From the NCBI GenBank assembly GCA_020348445.1, contig CP070751.1:2181186-2245185 (forward strand): a stretch of 64,000 nt of DNA. Direction: 5' to 3'. A model generated the notes under the pieces. That model saw only the letters and a list, made by a program, of their open reading frames with translations, searched no databases and was not told where the DNA came from. Positions 37,868 to 47,968 of this stretch are shown in pieces. This DNA comes from Thermoplasmata archaeon. Its GTDB lineage: Archaea; Thermoplasmatota; Thermoplasmata; GCA-020350865. How positions within the stretch are numbered: the stretch's first letter is position 1; each line of letters opens with the position of its first letter. Made by a program: the position numbers and the translations under genes.

Positions 37868-39976
37868 TTACAATGGGACTTCCCACAAACAGTTGGTTTT
37901 TGCATGAACCCAGTATCCTCGTCCTCTTTCGAAATAATCAAACTCGCCTATTTGCTCCCATTTCTGGATTGATGCGTTATAGGTCCAGATCGCATCAACC
38001 TCCAAATCAATAGTGAGATTATTCAAGGCCAAGGTTCTTGTTCTATTGTTCAATGAAGGGTATCCAACAAGGTTCCAACCGGTTTTTAAGGTTATACTCT
38101 GATTTTTGGTGGGAATTATTCCTGAGCATTGGAATAGCACCCCTCCAGGCTTAGTGACATGTATCCAAAATCCCATTGTGTGATCAATACTCTCTAAATC
38201 GTTCAAATGTGAGGGTTTTGAGATTTGGTGATGTTTCCAATGGTCTGAGTTATCCCTAACGTTATAACATTGAACGGCATCATACGAGCCATCTATTGAG
38301 CTCAGAACACTGCAAATATCCGTATCTGTTTGAATAAACGGTATCGATATCAGGTTCCAGCCCTCATAAAGCTGGACGCTATAACCTTGGCTCGTATCGA
38401 TTGTGAAATTCCAGACCCAATTCGGGGGAGTTATGTTAAACCCATCATTTGTGTACGTGTGCCAATACCATTTGCCATCTGATAATAGAGGGGGTTTCCA
38501 GGATGTTGATGTTATCCAACCGCTATAATATATAGTGCCGCTTTCCGCGTCGGGTTGGTCTGAGATTGTGAAGTTGAAATAGATTGTGTCGTTGTCTGGA
38601 TCGAAAACAGTATCTACTTGTATATTAGGCTCATTCAAAGCTAATTTGGACCCGATTGGAGGAGAAATCGGGGTTGCCATTGGAGGTTCCCAATTTGACC
38701 TAGTGAAGTAGATATCCCAATCTCCTTTTCTGTCGTCCTGCCATACTATATAAGCATGGTTTCCTTTTGCGGCGATAGCGTTGGATGGCGTATATACAGC
38801 TGAAAAGCTTGGGCCAATGTTTATTTTCTGTTTAGGGTTAAATATAATACCACTATCTGTAGAATTTGTAAAATATATATCGCTAACATTTTCTTGGTTG
38901 GGAAAATCTTTATCCTCAAGCCATGTCACAAATATTTTTCCCTCATCGCTAACTGCGATTGAAGGATGAAATTGAGCTTCATCTAGAAAATCCTCACTAA
39001 CTTGTACACTAGAAGAAAAGTAATCTCCTCCATCACTAGAATTTGTAAAATATATATCCCAATCCCCATCTTTTTTATCTCGCCATACAACATAAATATT
39101 ATCATTTGAATCTAACGCAATATCTGGCATTCTTTGACCTTCACTTAAGGCATCATCATCTACCTTTTTGCTTGGAGCCCAAGTATTGCCACCATCAAGA
39201 GATTTTGAGAAGTGTATTCGCGTTTCTCCACTAGGATTATCTTCCCATACCACATATATGATTCCTTTACTATCTATTGCTATTTTAGAATAATAAATAA
39301 TACTCCCAAGAACATCATTTACTCTTTTGTTTTCTCCAAATGTGTTACCTCCATCCGTGGAATTGGCAAAATAAATACCACCTCTTTGATCTTCCCATGT
39401 TATCCCAATAAAACCATTACGGGCTGCAATGGAAGGAACATTCTGCCAATTATTACCAGTTTCATCGATTACTCTTTTATTAATACCGAAGGAATTCCCG
39501 CCATCAGTTGAATTTGCACAATAAATATCTATGCTATAGGGATCTGGGGAATTACGATAGTCTTGCCATACAATAAATATGTTACCGTTACTTTCATCTA
39601 AAGCCATGGAAGGATTTGTAGCTGCACCTATTGGAGCATTGTCTACCCGAACGTTAGTCTGAAAAGACTTTCCATTATCTGTCGATTTTGCAAAAAATAT
39701 ATTAGTATTATGGATTCCACTTAATCTATTGTCTTCCCACACTACATATATTTCGTTACCATGTATCGCAATATCGGGTCTAGTTTGATTAGTAATACCA
39801 AATTTTGTATCATCTACACGAATATTATTACCAAAGTTTTCAGCTTGAATAACTAAGGGTATAGAAATGAATGGAAGTTGTGAAATAAAAATTAATGCAG
39901 ATATACTAATGATAATTATGATTCTTTGATAACAGTTTTGTCTTAGTTGCTTTAAATTGGGCATATATATCGCCAA
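37868..39976 (-). CDS. Secreted protein with six Asp-box (BNR) repeats plus the shared type-A C-terminal domain
   Basis: Basic N-region plus hydrophobic signal. S(T/S/L)D.G..(F/W) occurs six times. GWNLISIP...LWEVPL C-terminal module at about 37868-38380. Confidence 0.85.
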   Translation of the reverse strand: MAIYMPNLKQLRQNCYQRIIIIISISALIFISQLPFISIPLVIQAENFGNNIRVDDTKFGITNQTRPDIAIHGNEIYVVWEDNRLSGIHNTNIFFAKSTDNGKSFQTNVRVDNAPIGAATNPSMALDESNGNIFIVWQDYRNSPDPYSIDIYCANSTDGGNSFGINKRVIDETGNNWQNVPSIAARNGFIGITWEDQRGGIYFANSTDGGNTFGENKRVNDVLGSIIYYSKIAIDSKGIIYVVWEDNPSGETRIHFSKSLDGGNTWAPSKKVDDDALSEGQRMPDIALDSNDNIYVVWRDKKDGDWDIYFTNSSDGGDYFSSSVQVSEDFLDEAQFHPSIAVSDEGKIFVTWLEDKDFPNQENVSDIYFTNSTDSGIIFNPKQKINIGPSFSAVYTPSNAIAAKGNHAYIVWQDDRKGDWDIYFTRSNWEPPMATPISPPIGSKLALNEPNIQVDTVFDPDNDTIYFNFTISDQPDAESGTIYYSGWITSTSWKPPLLSDGKWYWHTYTNDGFNITPPNWVWNFTIDTSQGYSVQLYEGWNLISIPFIQTDTDICSVLSSIDGSYDAVQCYNVRDNSDHWKHHQISKPSHLNDLESIDHTMGFWIHVTKPGGVLFQCSGIIPTKNQSITLKTGWNLVGYPSLNNRTRTLALNNLTIDLEVDAIWTYNASIQKWEQIGEFDYFERGRGYWVHAKTNCLWEVPL

Positions 39977-40086
39977 TAGATAGTAATATGGGATGAACTT
40001 TTCTTAAAGTTTTTGATGAATCTAAACTCGTTTAACCCATTATCATATTCTTCATTTTATCTACAAATTAATTATTACTCGAATAG

Positions 40087-42267
40087 TTAGAATTTGCTTG
40101 TTGAAAAAGGAATGTAATCGACATAGTCTGAAACTCTATCACCGTCGTCACTTGGACCTTCTCCTGATGGTCCTTCGTCATCGTTCCACCAATTATTCTC
40201 CGCATTAATTGTATTAGTATCATCATTATAAACCCCATACCCTGGCCCACTAGCCCCACCTCCATTATTGCATATATTGTTGTAGTTAATTACAGGGTCA
40301 CTCCCGCCTCTACTAAATACACCATAATCGGTATTATTCTCAATATCATTGTAGGTTATAGACGGATCACTATTACCTGCACAATGAATGCCTTCATCGT
40401 CATTCCATACTATCATATTATCTTTAATACTTAGGTCATTATAACTTGTACATTTAATCCCTGCTTGACCATTCCATCCTATAACGTTTTTGTAAATTAT
40501 ATCATCATAGGCCATATCATCCAGATGGAGTCCATCGTGGATATTCGATGATATATTGCACTTAGAGATATTATTATTCGATGATGAATACAGGTAGAAT
40601 CCGAAGTCATTTTTTGTGATAACACACTTTGCTATTTTGTTATTTGAGGACCAAAGCCAGATACCATAATAATTACTCGATGATATAAAGCAGCTAAATA
40701 TATCATTCCAACTAGATTGATATAGAAAGACACCATAATAATCGTTATTCGACAGATTGCTGTTTGTAATATTATTATTAGATGAAAAATAGAAACTAAT
40801 ACCATAATAGTTATTTGATACGTTACAATTTTTAATAATGTTATTCGAGCAAAATGTTAGATAGATGCCATACTCTTGGTTTATGGAGACATGATTATCT
40901 ATAAGGTTATTCCAATCAGAATAACTGAATACAATGCCCTTTTTGTTATTGGAAATGTTATTGCTTGATATTTTATTCCCATCACCTATTAGATCGATAC
41001 CTGTATCACTATTTAAGGATATTGTATTGTTTGTGATGTTATTATTTGAACCTGACCCGAGTATACCATATGTATTGTTTGAGATGGAGTTATTTATGAT
41101 CTTATTCCCATTACAATAACCATCCAAAACGATACCCACACCATTATTTGAAGAAATTATATTGTTTGATATATTGTTATATAATGAATTGTAAAGATAG
41201 ATTCCAGATGCCCCTGGATAGTATCCATTATAATCATTATTTGATATATTACTGTTCACAATTGTATGATTTGGATATATATACAAAATTATTCCTAATT
41301 CGTTATCATTTGCTGTTACATTATCTATATGCGTATAATTTGAATAAGCAACCAATACACCTTGGCCGTTTTGAGTTAAAGTCAAGTTTTCAGCTGTTAT
41401 ATTTGTTGAGTTAACAATGCCCACATAACCTGCATAAAAGGGAATAGACTCGTCATCGTGCTCGTGATTCCTCCAGTAAAAGATAGGTTTATCGTTCACT
41501 GTATTCGTTGTGTCAATGTCATGGTTGAATTCAGATAAGTGATCTCCCCAAACTCCGAAGTTATAAGTGCTGTTGTCAATATTGTTATATCTCAATCGAG
41601 CATCGGAGACATCGTAGAACACGATGCCGCGTTTTGTATTGTTGTAGACGGTATTGTTCTGGATGTTCGCATATCCACCCCCAGGGTCGTTCCCATTAAA
41701 GTGCATACCTTCTTCAGTGCAGTTCTCTATGATGTTGTTCTCGATTGTTGGAGAGCCATGATTCGAATAGATCCCGTAAGTGCAGTTTCTGATCGTGCAA
41801 TTTCGGATCAAAGGGGACGCTCTCTCCAACCGCACACCATAGGTAGCATATTCGATCACTGAATATCGGATTGAAGAGTAATCATAGCTCGAATCCTCGA
41901 ACTCAATACCATACCAGCAACCCGGGCATGGTGCCCCTAAATCGGAATTCCAAGAAAATAGAGCATAATTTCTTTGAGATATGCCCTGTACGATCCAAAT
42001 TATTGCTCCCTCTTCTACATATATACCAAAAGAACCATTGAATAAAACATCCACACCGATTTCAATTGTTAGGTTCGCACCATTGACTACAAATACATCA
42101 TCCACAACCCAATATGGACTACCTTCTATGTCCCAAGTTGTATCACTATCGATAGGGCCGCCCACAACAGTACCAGCGCTGGCCCTTGGAGATGTTGCCA
42201 CCAAAAAGGTCAAAGCAGTTATCATCACAATATTCGCGCACACGAATAATTTGGTCAATTTCCTCAT
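40087..42267 (-). CDS. Secreted right-handed parallel beta-helix (NosD/CASH-like) protein without the shared C-terminal module
   Basis: Signal peptide ending ASA, GTVVGGPIDSDTTW..GSPY start, many N..I.NN...GI.L repeats, AENNWW near the end. Confidence 0.85.
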   Translation of the reverse strand: MRKLTKLFVCANIVMITALTFLVATSPRASAGTVVGGPIDSDTTWDIEGSPYWVVDDVFVVNGANLTIEIGVDVLFNGSFGIYVEEGAIIWIVQGISQRNYALFSWNSDLGAPCPGCWYGIEFEDSSYDYSSIRYSVIEYATYGVRLERASPLIRNCTIRNCTYGIYSNHGSPTIENNIIENCTEEGMHFNGNDPGGGYANIQNNTVYNNTKRGIVFYDVSDARLRYNNIDNSTYNFGVWGDHLSEFNHDIDTTNTVNDKPIFYWRNHEHDDESIPFYAGYVGIVNSTNITAENLTLTQNGQGVLVAYSNYTHIDNVTANDNELGIILYIYPNHTIVNSNISNNDYNGYYPGASGIYLYNSLYNNISNNIISSNNGVGIVLDGYCNGNKIINNSISNNTYGILGSGSNNNITNNTISLNSDTGIDLIGDGNKISSNNISNNKKGIVFSYSDWNNLIDNHVSINQEYGIYLTFCSNNIIKNCNVSNNYYGISFYFSSNNNITNSNLSNNDYYGVFLYQSSWNDIFSCFISSSNYYGIWLWSSNNKIAKCVITKNDFGFYLYSSSNNNISKCNISSNIHDGLHLDDMAYDDIIYKNVIGWNGQAGIKCTSYNDLSIKDNMIVWNDDEGIHCAGNSDPSITYNDIENNTDYGVFSRGGSDPVINYNNICNNGGGASGPGYGVYNDDTNTINAENNWWNDDEGPSGEGPSDDGDRVSDYVDYIPFSTSKF

Positions 42268-42561
42268 ATCCTTTCCTCCTATCTTTTTGATTTAATTAAA
42301 CCGAAGGCATGCGAAAATAGGGAAGATCCACTACAATGAACCGTTTCATTCCTAAAGTGACTCTCTTCACTCTCTATAATCGCTTACCCTAAGTTGTATC
42401 TCCAAAAGCTTATTGTCTTCAAAATATTTAAGTTTATTGTTAAATTTTTATTATAAGATAATTATTATATTTTTTTTTTAACTTTTTCTTAATATTTTTA
42501 TTGAAATTATATAATTGCTGTTAGATATTAACAATGACTTAAAATATTTTATATTTATTAT

Positions 42562-44256
42562 TTATAGCGGTACTTCCCAGACAACTTCAGCCTTTGCATG
42601 TATATAATAACCTCTTCCGATCTCAAAATAATCTGATTCACTTATTTTCTCATATTTTTGTGTGGTTGAATTATAGGTCCAGATCGCATCGACATCAGAT
42701 GGGAAATCGATATTGTTCAAGGCCTCGGTTCTGATTTTGTTACTAAGGGAGGGATAGCCAACCATGTTCCAACCTGGGTGTAAAGCAAAGTTCTGGTTCT
42801 CAGTCAGTCTGGTTCCATTATAGAAGAAGATCGTATCCCCAGGCTGGGTAATGTGTACCCAGAAGCCCATGGATTCATTTAACTCTAAAAGATCATTTCC
42901 ATAGGATTTGCCTACCTTGTAATGCTTCCATGGATCAAATGAATCTCTTGGATCATACCATTGCACTGCATCATAATCCCCATCTATGAACTCAAGAACT
43001 TTTATTAGACTTTGGTCCTGTTGAATCAATGGTATGGAAATCAGATTCCATCCTTGCTTTAACATCATGAAGTTCTCAGATGTTGGTAACCCGAAAGGTT
43101 TAATCAGGGGATACTGGTCTTGGGAATTGCCAATTAAGTATGGATTCTTTCCACCAGATGGAAGTCCCTGATCCACAATACCATCGTATCCTAGAATATT
43201 CTGATTCCCTCCTTTAAATTCGTCAAAAGCCCCTTCACCGGGGTCGTCGAAATCAGACCAGTAATTTCCCCCGCTTGGATAACCATTATGCCATTGATTG
43301 CCATTGTCAGTTGCGTCCGAACCCTGCCAAACGTTCTCTATTATATTATTGTGATATACTCTGTTGCCGATGCAATTCGAATCCATGAAATCGATGCCGT
43401 AATCATTATCTGATATGGTATTACCAATGACATCGTTGTTGTTGCAATATTCGAAAAAAAGTACACCATGCTCGCCTCCAGATGCGATGTTACCGAAGAT
43501 ATAGTTGCCATCAGAATTATCCCAGATAAAGATGCCGTACCACCCATAACCAGTGACGTTGTTTCCATAGATGTCGTTATTGCTGGATGAAACTAGACAT
43601 ATACCATCCCGGGTGTTCCCCAAAACTGCATTACATGTGATGTTATTCCAATTGGAAATATCTAATACTATACCCTCATCGCTATTTGAGTTTACTTTAT
43701 TATCATAGATATAATTGTTATTTGAGGAACGGACACACATGCCATAATAGTTATTTGAAGCACTATTACCTATAATGTCGTTCCAGTTTGAAGATATGAG
43801 ATAAATGCCATAAAGACCATTTGAGGACACGATATTACCAGAAACCTTGCAATTCCCGACATTATTGAGCTCTATCCCAGAGTCTCCTGTAATGGGTCCT
43901 CCTCCAGTCATTTTAAACCCACTCACATTTACCCAATCCGCATTTATAATAACTGCATCACCGCTCCCTCCACCATTGATAATAGTTGAATTTTTATCTT
44001 CTCCTATAAGTTTGATCATCTTATTTACATCAACATTTTCAGTATATGTGCCATTATAAACAAAAACCGTATCACCGGGATCAGCTGCAATGATACCCTC
44101 TTGTATCGTAGATTTGTTATCAGGTCCACTACCACCCACATAAATTGTTGCCCCTCCTGCAGGTTGTATGAGTCTAAAATTTATATTCACCATACTGAAA
44201 AAGGTTATGATAATTAATAAACAGATTATGATAGATGAGAATCTCTTTTTCCTCAT
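42562..44256 (-). CDS. Secreted NosD/pectin-lyase-like beta-helix protein with type-A C-terminal domain
   Basis: TIQEGIIAADPGDTVFVYNGTY, beta-helix repeats, GYPSGGNYWSD cap, GWNLISIP...VVWEVPL module. Confidence 0.87.
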   Translation of the reverse strand: MRKKRFSSIIICLLIIITFFSMVNINFRLIQPAGGATIYVGGSGPDNKSTIQEGIIAADPGDTVFVYNGTYTENVDVNKMIKLIGEDKNSTIINGGGSGDAVIINADWVNVSGFKMTGGGPITGDSGIELNNVGNCKVSGNIVSSNGLYGIYLISSNWNDIIGNSASNNYYGMCVRSSNNNYIYDNKVNSNSDEGIVLDISNWNNITCNAVLGNTRDGICLVSSSNNDIYGNNVTGYGWYGIFIWDNSDGNYIFGNIASGGEHGVLFFEYCNNNDVIGNTISDNDYGIDFMDSNCIGNRVYHNNIIENVWQGSDATDNGNQWHNGYPSGGNYWSDFDDPGEGAFDEFKGGNQNILGYDGIVDQGLPSGGKNPYLIGNSQDQYPLIKPFGLPTSENFMMLKQGWNLISIPLIQQDQSLIKVLEFIDGDYDAVQWYDPRDSFDPWKHYKVGKSYGNDLLELNESMGFWVHITQPGDTIFFYNGTRLTENQNFALHPGWNMVGYPSLSNKIRTEALNNIDFPSDVDAIWTYNSTTQKYEKISESDYFEIGRGYYIHAKAEVVWEVPL

Positions 44257-44425
44257 TTTGTCGCCCTTCATATAAATTATTTATAAATCTTATATAAGAG
44301 CTTTGTGTAGCAAAAATACAAATATATTTATGAAAAATACTATCGAATTAGAGGCCATTTAACGGCTCAGTTCTATCTGGATAATTGGATAAGCTTATTT
44401 ACCCCTGCTTCCTATTGCATTTTAG

Positions 44426-45178
44426 ATGAAGATAATAGGCATCCTAACCTCTGACTTCCGCATTTATTACGACCTCATCAAATGTCTCAAAAAAAGAGAC
44501 TTACCCTTTGCCAGCCTCTCCTTGGACGAGCCCATTCCCGTGAACATTGGTGTCATTATCACAACAAAGGACGAGGAGGACAAAATCGATTTTCCGCACC
44601 TTGTCTTGGCTGAACCCGACATTGAACTCACAATCGACATTGCCCTAAGAACCATGAAAGGCAAGGAAAAATTCAGGAAATTGATGATTGGAATCGACCC
44701 TGGAAAAAGGCCTGGCTTGGCTGTAATAGGTGATGGAGAGATACTCACTACAGCCCAAGTTTCCTCGCCAGAGAAGGTAAGTTCAGTGGTTAAGAGGGCC
44801 ATAAAGTCCTACCCAGCAGAGGACATGGTCGTGAGAATCGGCCACGGGGATACGACCCACAGAAACAGGATCATAAACTCCCTCTCAAAGTTCGGCCTTA
44901 AGGTGGAAATCTCGGATGAATCAAGGACCACCAGAATATCTGACACTCCTGATATAGACGCTGCAATTGATATCGCATTAAAAAGCGGTGTCACTGCCAA
45001 AAAATCGTACAAGGTGGAACCCACAGAAGGTGAACTTCGGGACATACAGAGAAGGAGCAGAATCGAAAGCAAGGGAAGGGTGACAATTTCCATGGCAGAG
45101 GCAAAAAAGGTGGCAAAAGGAGAGCTGACACTAAAGGAGGCTATAAAGAGATCTGAAAAAAACACTAAATTGGAATAA
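44426..45178 (+). CDS. Conserved hypothetical protein with RNase H-like (YqgF/RuvC-like) motif
   Basis: LMIGIDPGKRPGLAV strand-turn-strand, VRIGHGD, DESRTT and DIDAA acidic positions. Confidence 0.7.
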   Translation: MKIIGILTSDFRIYYDLIKCLKKRDLPFASLSLDEPIPVNIGVIITTKDEEDKIDFPHLVLAEPDIELTIDIALRTMKGKEKFRKLMIGIDPGKRPGLAVIGDGEILTTAQVSSPEKVSSVVKRAIKSYPAEDMVVRIGHGDTTHRNRIINSLSKFGLKVEISDESRTTRISDTPDIDAAIDIALKSGVTAKKSYKVEPTEGELRDIQRRSRIESKGRVTISMAEAKKVAKGELTLKEAIKRSEKNTKLE

Positions 45179-45237
45179 CAGGCAAAAATTTATGAATTAT
45201 TTGAGGTATAATACCAGTTGAGGAGGCAAAATCTAAG

Positions 45238-45675
45238 ATGAACAGGTACCACATCTTGGCCGTCATTTTCCTTATTTGCGGCATAGCTGCAATAGGATAC
45301 AGCGTGGTATCTGGTGAAGGCAGTGCGGGCGTTATAGTATTTATTCCAGTTTTTTATGGTTCAGGTTTGTTTTCTTTTCTAGGAGTACTTTGTATAATGG
45401 CCGCAATTTTCTTTGGATTCTTTGGATTTGCCCAATCTGCTGTGGGTTCAGAGGATTTAAATGGTGAACATGAACCTCGAACATCACAACCGTATTCCCA
45501 AAATCAGCGAGCCCAACCCAGGGTCCAGAAAACCGTAAAAGGTGGGGGAGTGGTGCTCATAGGGCCCATACCAGTGGTATTTGGGTCAGATGCAAAAACC
45601 GCCATGATATTGATAATTCTGGCTATAATTCTCATCGTTGCAGTTGCCATTCTTTTTTATTCAAGCTGGTTTTAA
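45238..45675 (+). CDS. DUF131 / TIGR00304-family membrane protein
   Basis: GGGVVLIGPIPVVFGSD motif between TM helices. Confidence 0.85.
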   Translation: MNRYHILAVIFLICGIAAIGYSVVSGEGSAGVIVFIPVFYGSGLFSFLGVLCIMAAIFFGFFGFAQSAVGSEDLNGEHEPRTSQPYSQNQRAQPRVQKTVKGGGVVLIGPIPVVFGSDAKTAMILIILAIILIVAVAILFYSSWF

Positions 45676-45736
45676 AAAGAAACCTACTTAAAGGAATGAA
45701 TCCATTCCCAAACTCCTTACGTTGAGGGTGAATAAC

Positions 45737-47110
45737 ATGTTAAACAAGGTTTTAGTAGCAAACAGGGGCGAGATTGCGGTGAGAATCATGAGGGCCTGCA
45801 GGGAACTTGGAATCAGCACAGTGGCAGTGTATTCTGAAGCTGACCGCGAAGCCATGTTCGCAAAATATGCCGATGAGAGCCACTTCATAGGACCCCCTCC
45901 ACCCCTTCAAAGCTATCTTAACATGGACGCGATAATAGAAGTGGCACTTAAAACAAAAGCAGAGGCCATACATCCTGGATACGGTTTTCTTGCCGAAAAC
46001 GACAAGTTCTCTGATATGGTGGAGAAAAATGGCCTCGTTTTCATAGGACCCACGGGCCAGAATATCAGGGAGATGGGGGACAAGATTTTCTCAAAGAGGA
46101 CCATGAAGTCCTCGGGTGTACCTGTGGTTCCGGGAACAGAGGAGGGCATACAGGACGTTGAAAAGGCAAAGGATGTTGCCCATGAAATTGGGTATCCAGT
46201 GATTCTAAAAGCATCGGGTGGGGGAGGTGGAATCGGTATGAAGATAGTGGACAATGAAAATGATTTAATTGAAGCTATAGAATCCACAAAGAGGGTGGCT
46301 AAATCCGCCTTTGGTGATGAATCAGTTCTTCTTGAAAAATACTTGGATGAACCGCGTCATGTTGAGTATCAGATAATTGCCGACAATAAGGGCAATGTAA
46401 TTCATGTGAGAGAAAGGGAATGCTCTGTTCAGAGAAGACACCAGAAGTTGATTGAGGAGACTCCATCATGCGTTATGACAGAAGAACTTAGAGAAAAAAT
46501 GGGTGAGGCTGCAACCCAAGCTGCAAAGGCTGTTTCTTACAGGAATGCAGGCACTGTGGAGTTCATGTACTCGAAGGGTAATTTCTACTTCTTGGAGATG
46601 AACACCAGGCTTCAGGTTGAGCATCCCATCACAGAGATGATAACTGGTGTTGATTTGGCAAAGGAGCAGCTCAGAGTTGCTTCAGGTTTGGACCTCCAGT
46701 ACGCCCAAGAGGATATCACTGGCCAGGGATGGGCATTCGAATGCAGGATATGTGCCGAGGATCCAGAGAACAATTTCTTCCCCTCGCCTGGTAAGATCGT
46801 GGAATACAAAGAGCCCGCCGGGCCTGGCATCAGGGTGGACAGCGGTGTTTATGCAGGTTTTGATGTGCCACCTTTTTATGATTCACTGCTTTCGAAGCTG
46901 ATAGTATGGGGCAGGGACAGAAACGAGGCAATCAAAAGAATGAAGCGTGCTTTATGGGAGTACGAGATCACAGGAATAAAGACGAACATACCATTTCATG
47001 AGGTGGTTCTTGATAACGAGTTTTTTGTGAAGGGGGACTACACGACACATTTTATCAAGGAGCGCAACATTTTAGACGAGGTAAAACGGTATTTGGAATC
47101 AGGAAAATGA
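45737..47110 (+). CDS. accC: Biotin carboxylase subunit (acyl-CoA or pyruvate carboxylase type)
   Basis: ANRGEIA, HPGYGFLAEN, GGGGIGM, RECSVQRRHQK, EMNTRLQVEH, YDSLLSKL. Confidence 0.93.
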   Translation: MLNKVLVANRGEIAVRIMRACRELGISTVAVYSEADREAMFAKYADESHFIGPPPPLQSYLNMDAIIEVALKTKAEAIHPGYGFLAENDKFSDMVEKNGLVFIGPTGQNIREMGDKIFSKRTMKSSGVPVVPGTEEGIQDVEKAKDVAHEIGYPVILKASGGGGGIGMKIVDNENDLIEAIESTKRVAKSAFGDESVLLEKYLDEPRHVEYQIIADNKGNVIHVRERECSVQRRHQKLIEETPSCVMTEELREKMGEAATQAAKAVSYRNAGTVEFMYSKGNFYFLEMNTRLQVEHPITEMITGVDLAKEQLRVASGLDLQYAQEDITGQGWAFECRICAEDPENNFFPSPGKIVEYKEPAGPGIRVDSGVYAGFDVPPFYDSLLSKLIVWGRDRNEAIKRMKRALWEYEITGIKTNIPFHEVVLDNEFFVKGDYTTHFIKERNILDEVKRYLESGK

Positions 47111-47173
47111 AATGACTTAAATCGACACCTGATAACCTATAATAATCCCTAATTCATTCCAGAAAAAGATATA

Positions 47174-47923
47174 ATGGGTGATTTGAAATTCTATGAGGAT
47201 TACTGGCGGGATAAAAAAGCCGATGTCGTAGATAGAGACGCCATCTGGAAGGCAAAGATGCTGCTTTTGGTCATTTCAAAGAAAAAATACAAAGTAGTTG
47301 CAGAGATGGGATGCGGAATCGGGGTGGTCCTTGATATCGTGGCAAATGAACTTGGTGCCACCCATAAAATCGGTTTGGAGATATCTAAAGAGGCCCTTCT
47401 TAAAGCAAGGCAACTCGATCCTCAAATGTCATGCATTCAGGCAGATGTAATGAAATCGCCCATTAAAGACCATTCCCTGGATCTTGTGATCCTGAGCGAC
47501 ATTTTGGAGCATCTGCAAAATCCTGCCGAGTTTCTTACAAATACAAGCAACCTTACAAAATATATGGCAATGAACATCCCCATTGAAAAATCACTGTTTC
47601 CAAAGCTGTTCGAGAAATTAGCTGGATTGGAGAATCAAATAGAATCAGGGAAACACAAGGCAGGGCATCTTTTCGAGTGGACTAAAAAGGAGGTGGAGAA
47701 ATTGCTTGATGATGCAAATCTCAAGATAATTAGATCAATGCTCATTCGGCCTCCAGATGAATTTTTCAAATCATCACAAGAGAAAAAGAAATCCCATATT
47801 CTCGGGAGTGCATCTGAATTTTCCCTGGTGAATTTGGAGATAATCTCATATGGATTATCTGAGAACCTTCACTCCCGTATGTTCCACACCAAATACTTTG
47901 CTTTTGTCGAAACCAGGCGGTAG
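47174..47923 (+). CDS. Class I SAM-dependent methyltransferase
   Basis: EMGCGIG motif I, DLVILSDILEHL, PIE...H. Confidence 0.85.
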   Translation: MGDLKFYEDYWRDKKADVVDRDAIWKAKMLLLVISKKKYKVVAEMGCGIGVVLDIVANELGATHKIGLEISKEALLKARQLDPQMSCIQADVMKSPIKDHSLDLVILSDILEHLQNPAEFLTNTSNLTKYMAMNIPIEKSLFPKLFEKLAGLENQIESGKHKAGHLFEWTKKEVEKLLDDANLKIIRSMLIRPPDEFFKSSQEKKKSHILGSASEFSLVNLEIISYGLSENLHSRMFHTKYFAFVETRR

Positions 47924-47968
47924 GGAAAGCTATATCAAGGAAAAAGTATTGCCCTTCTCAGTGCTAAG

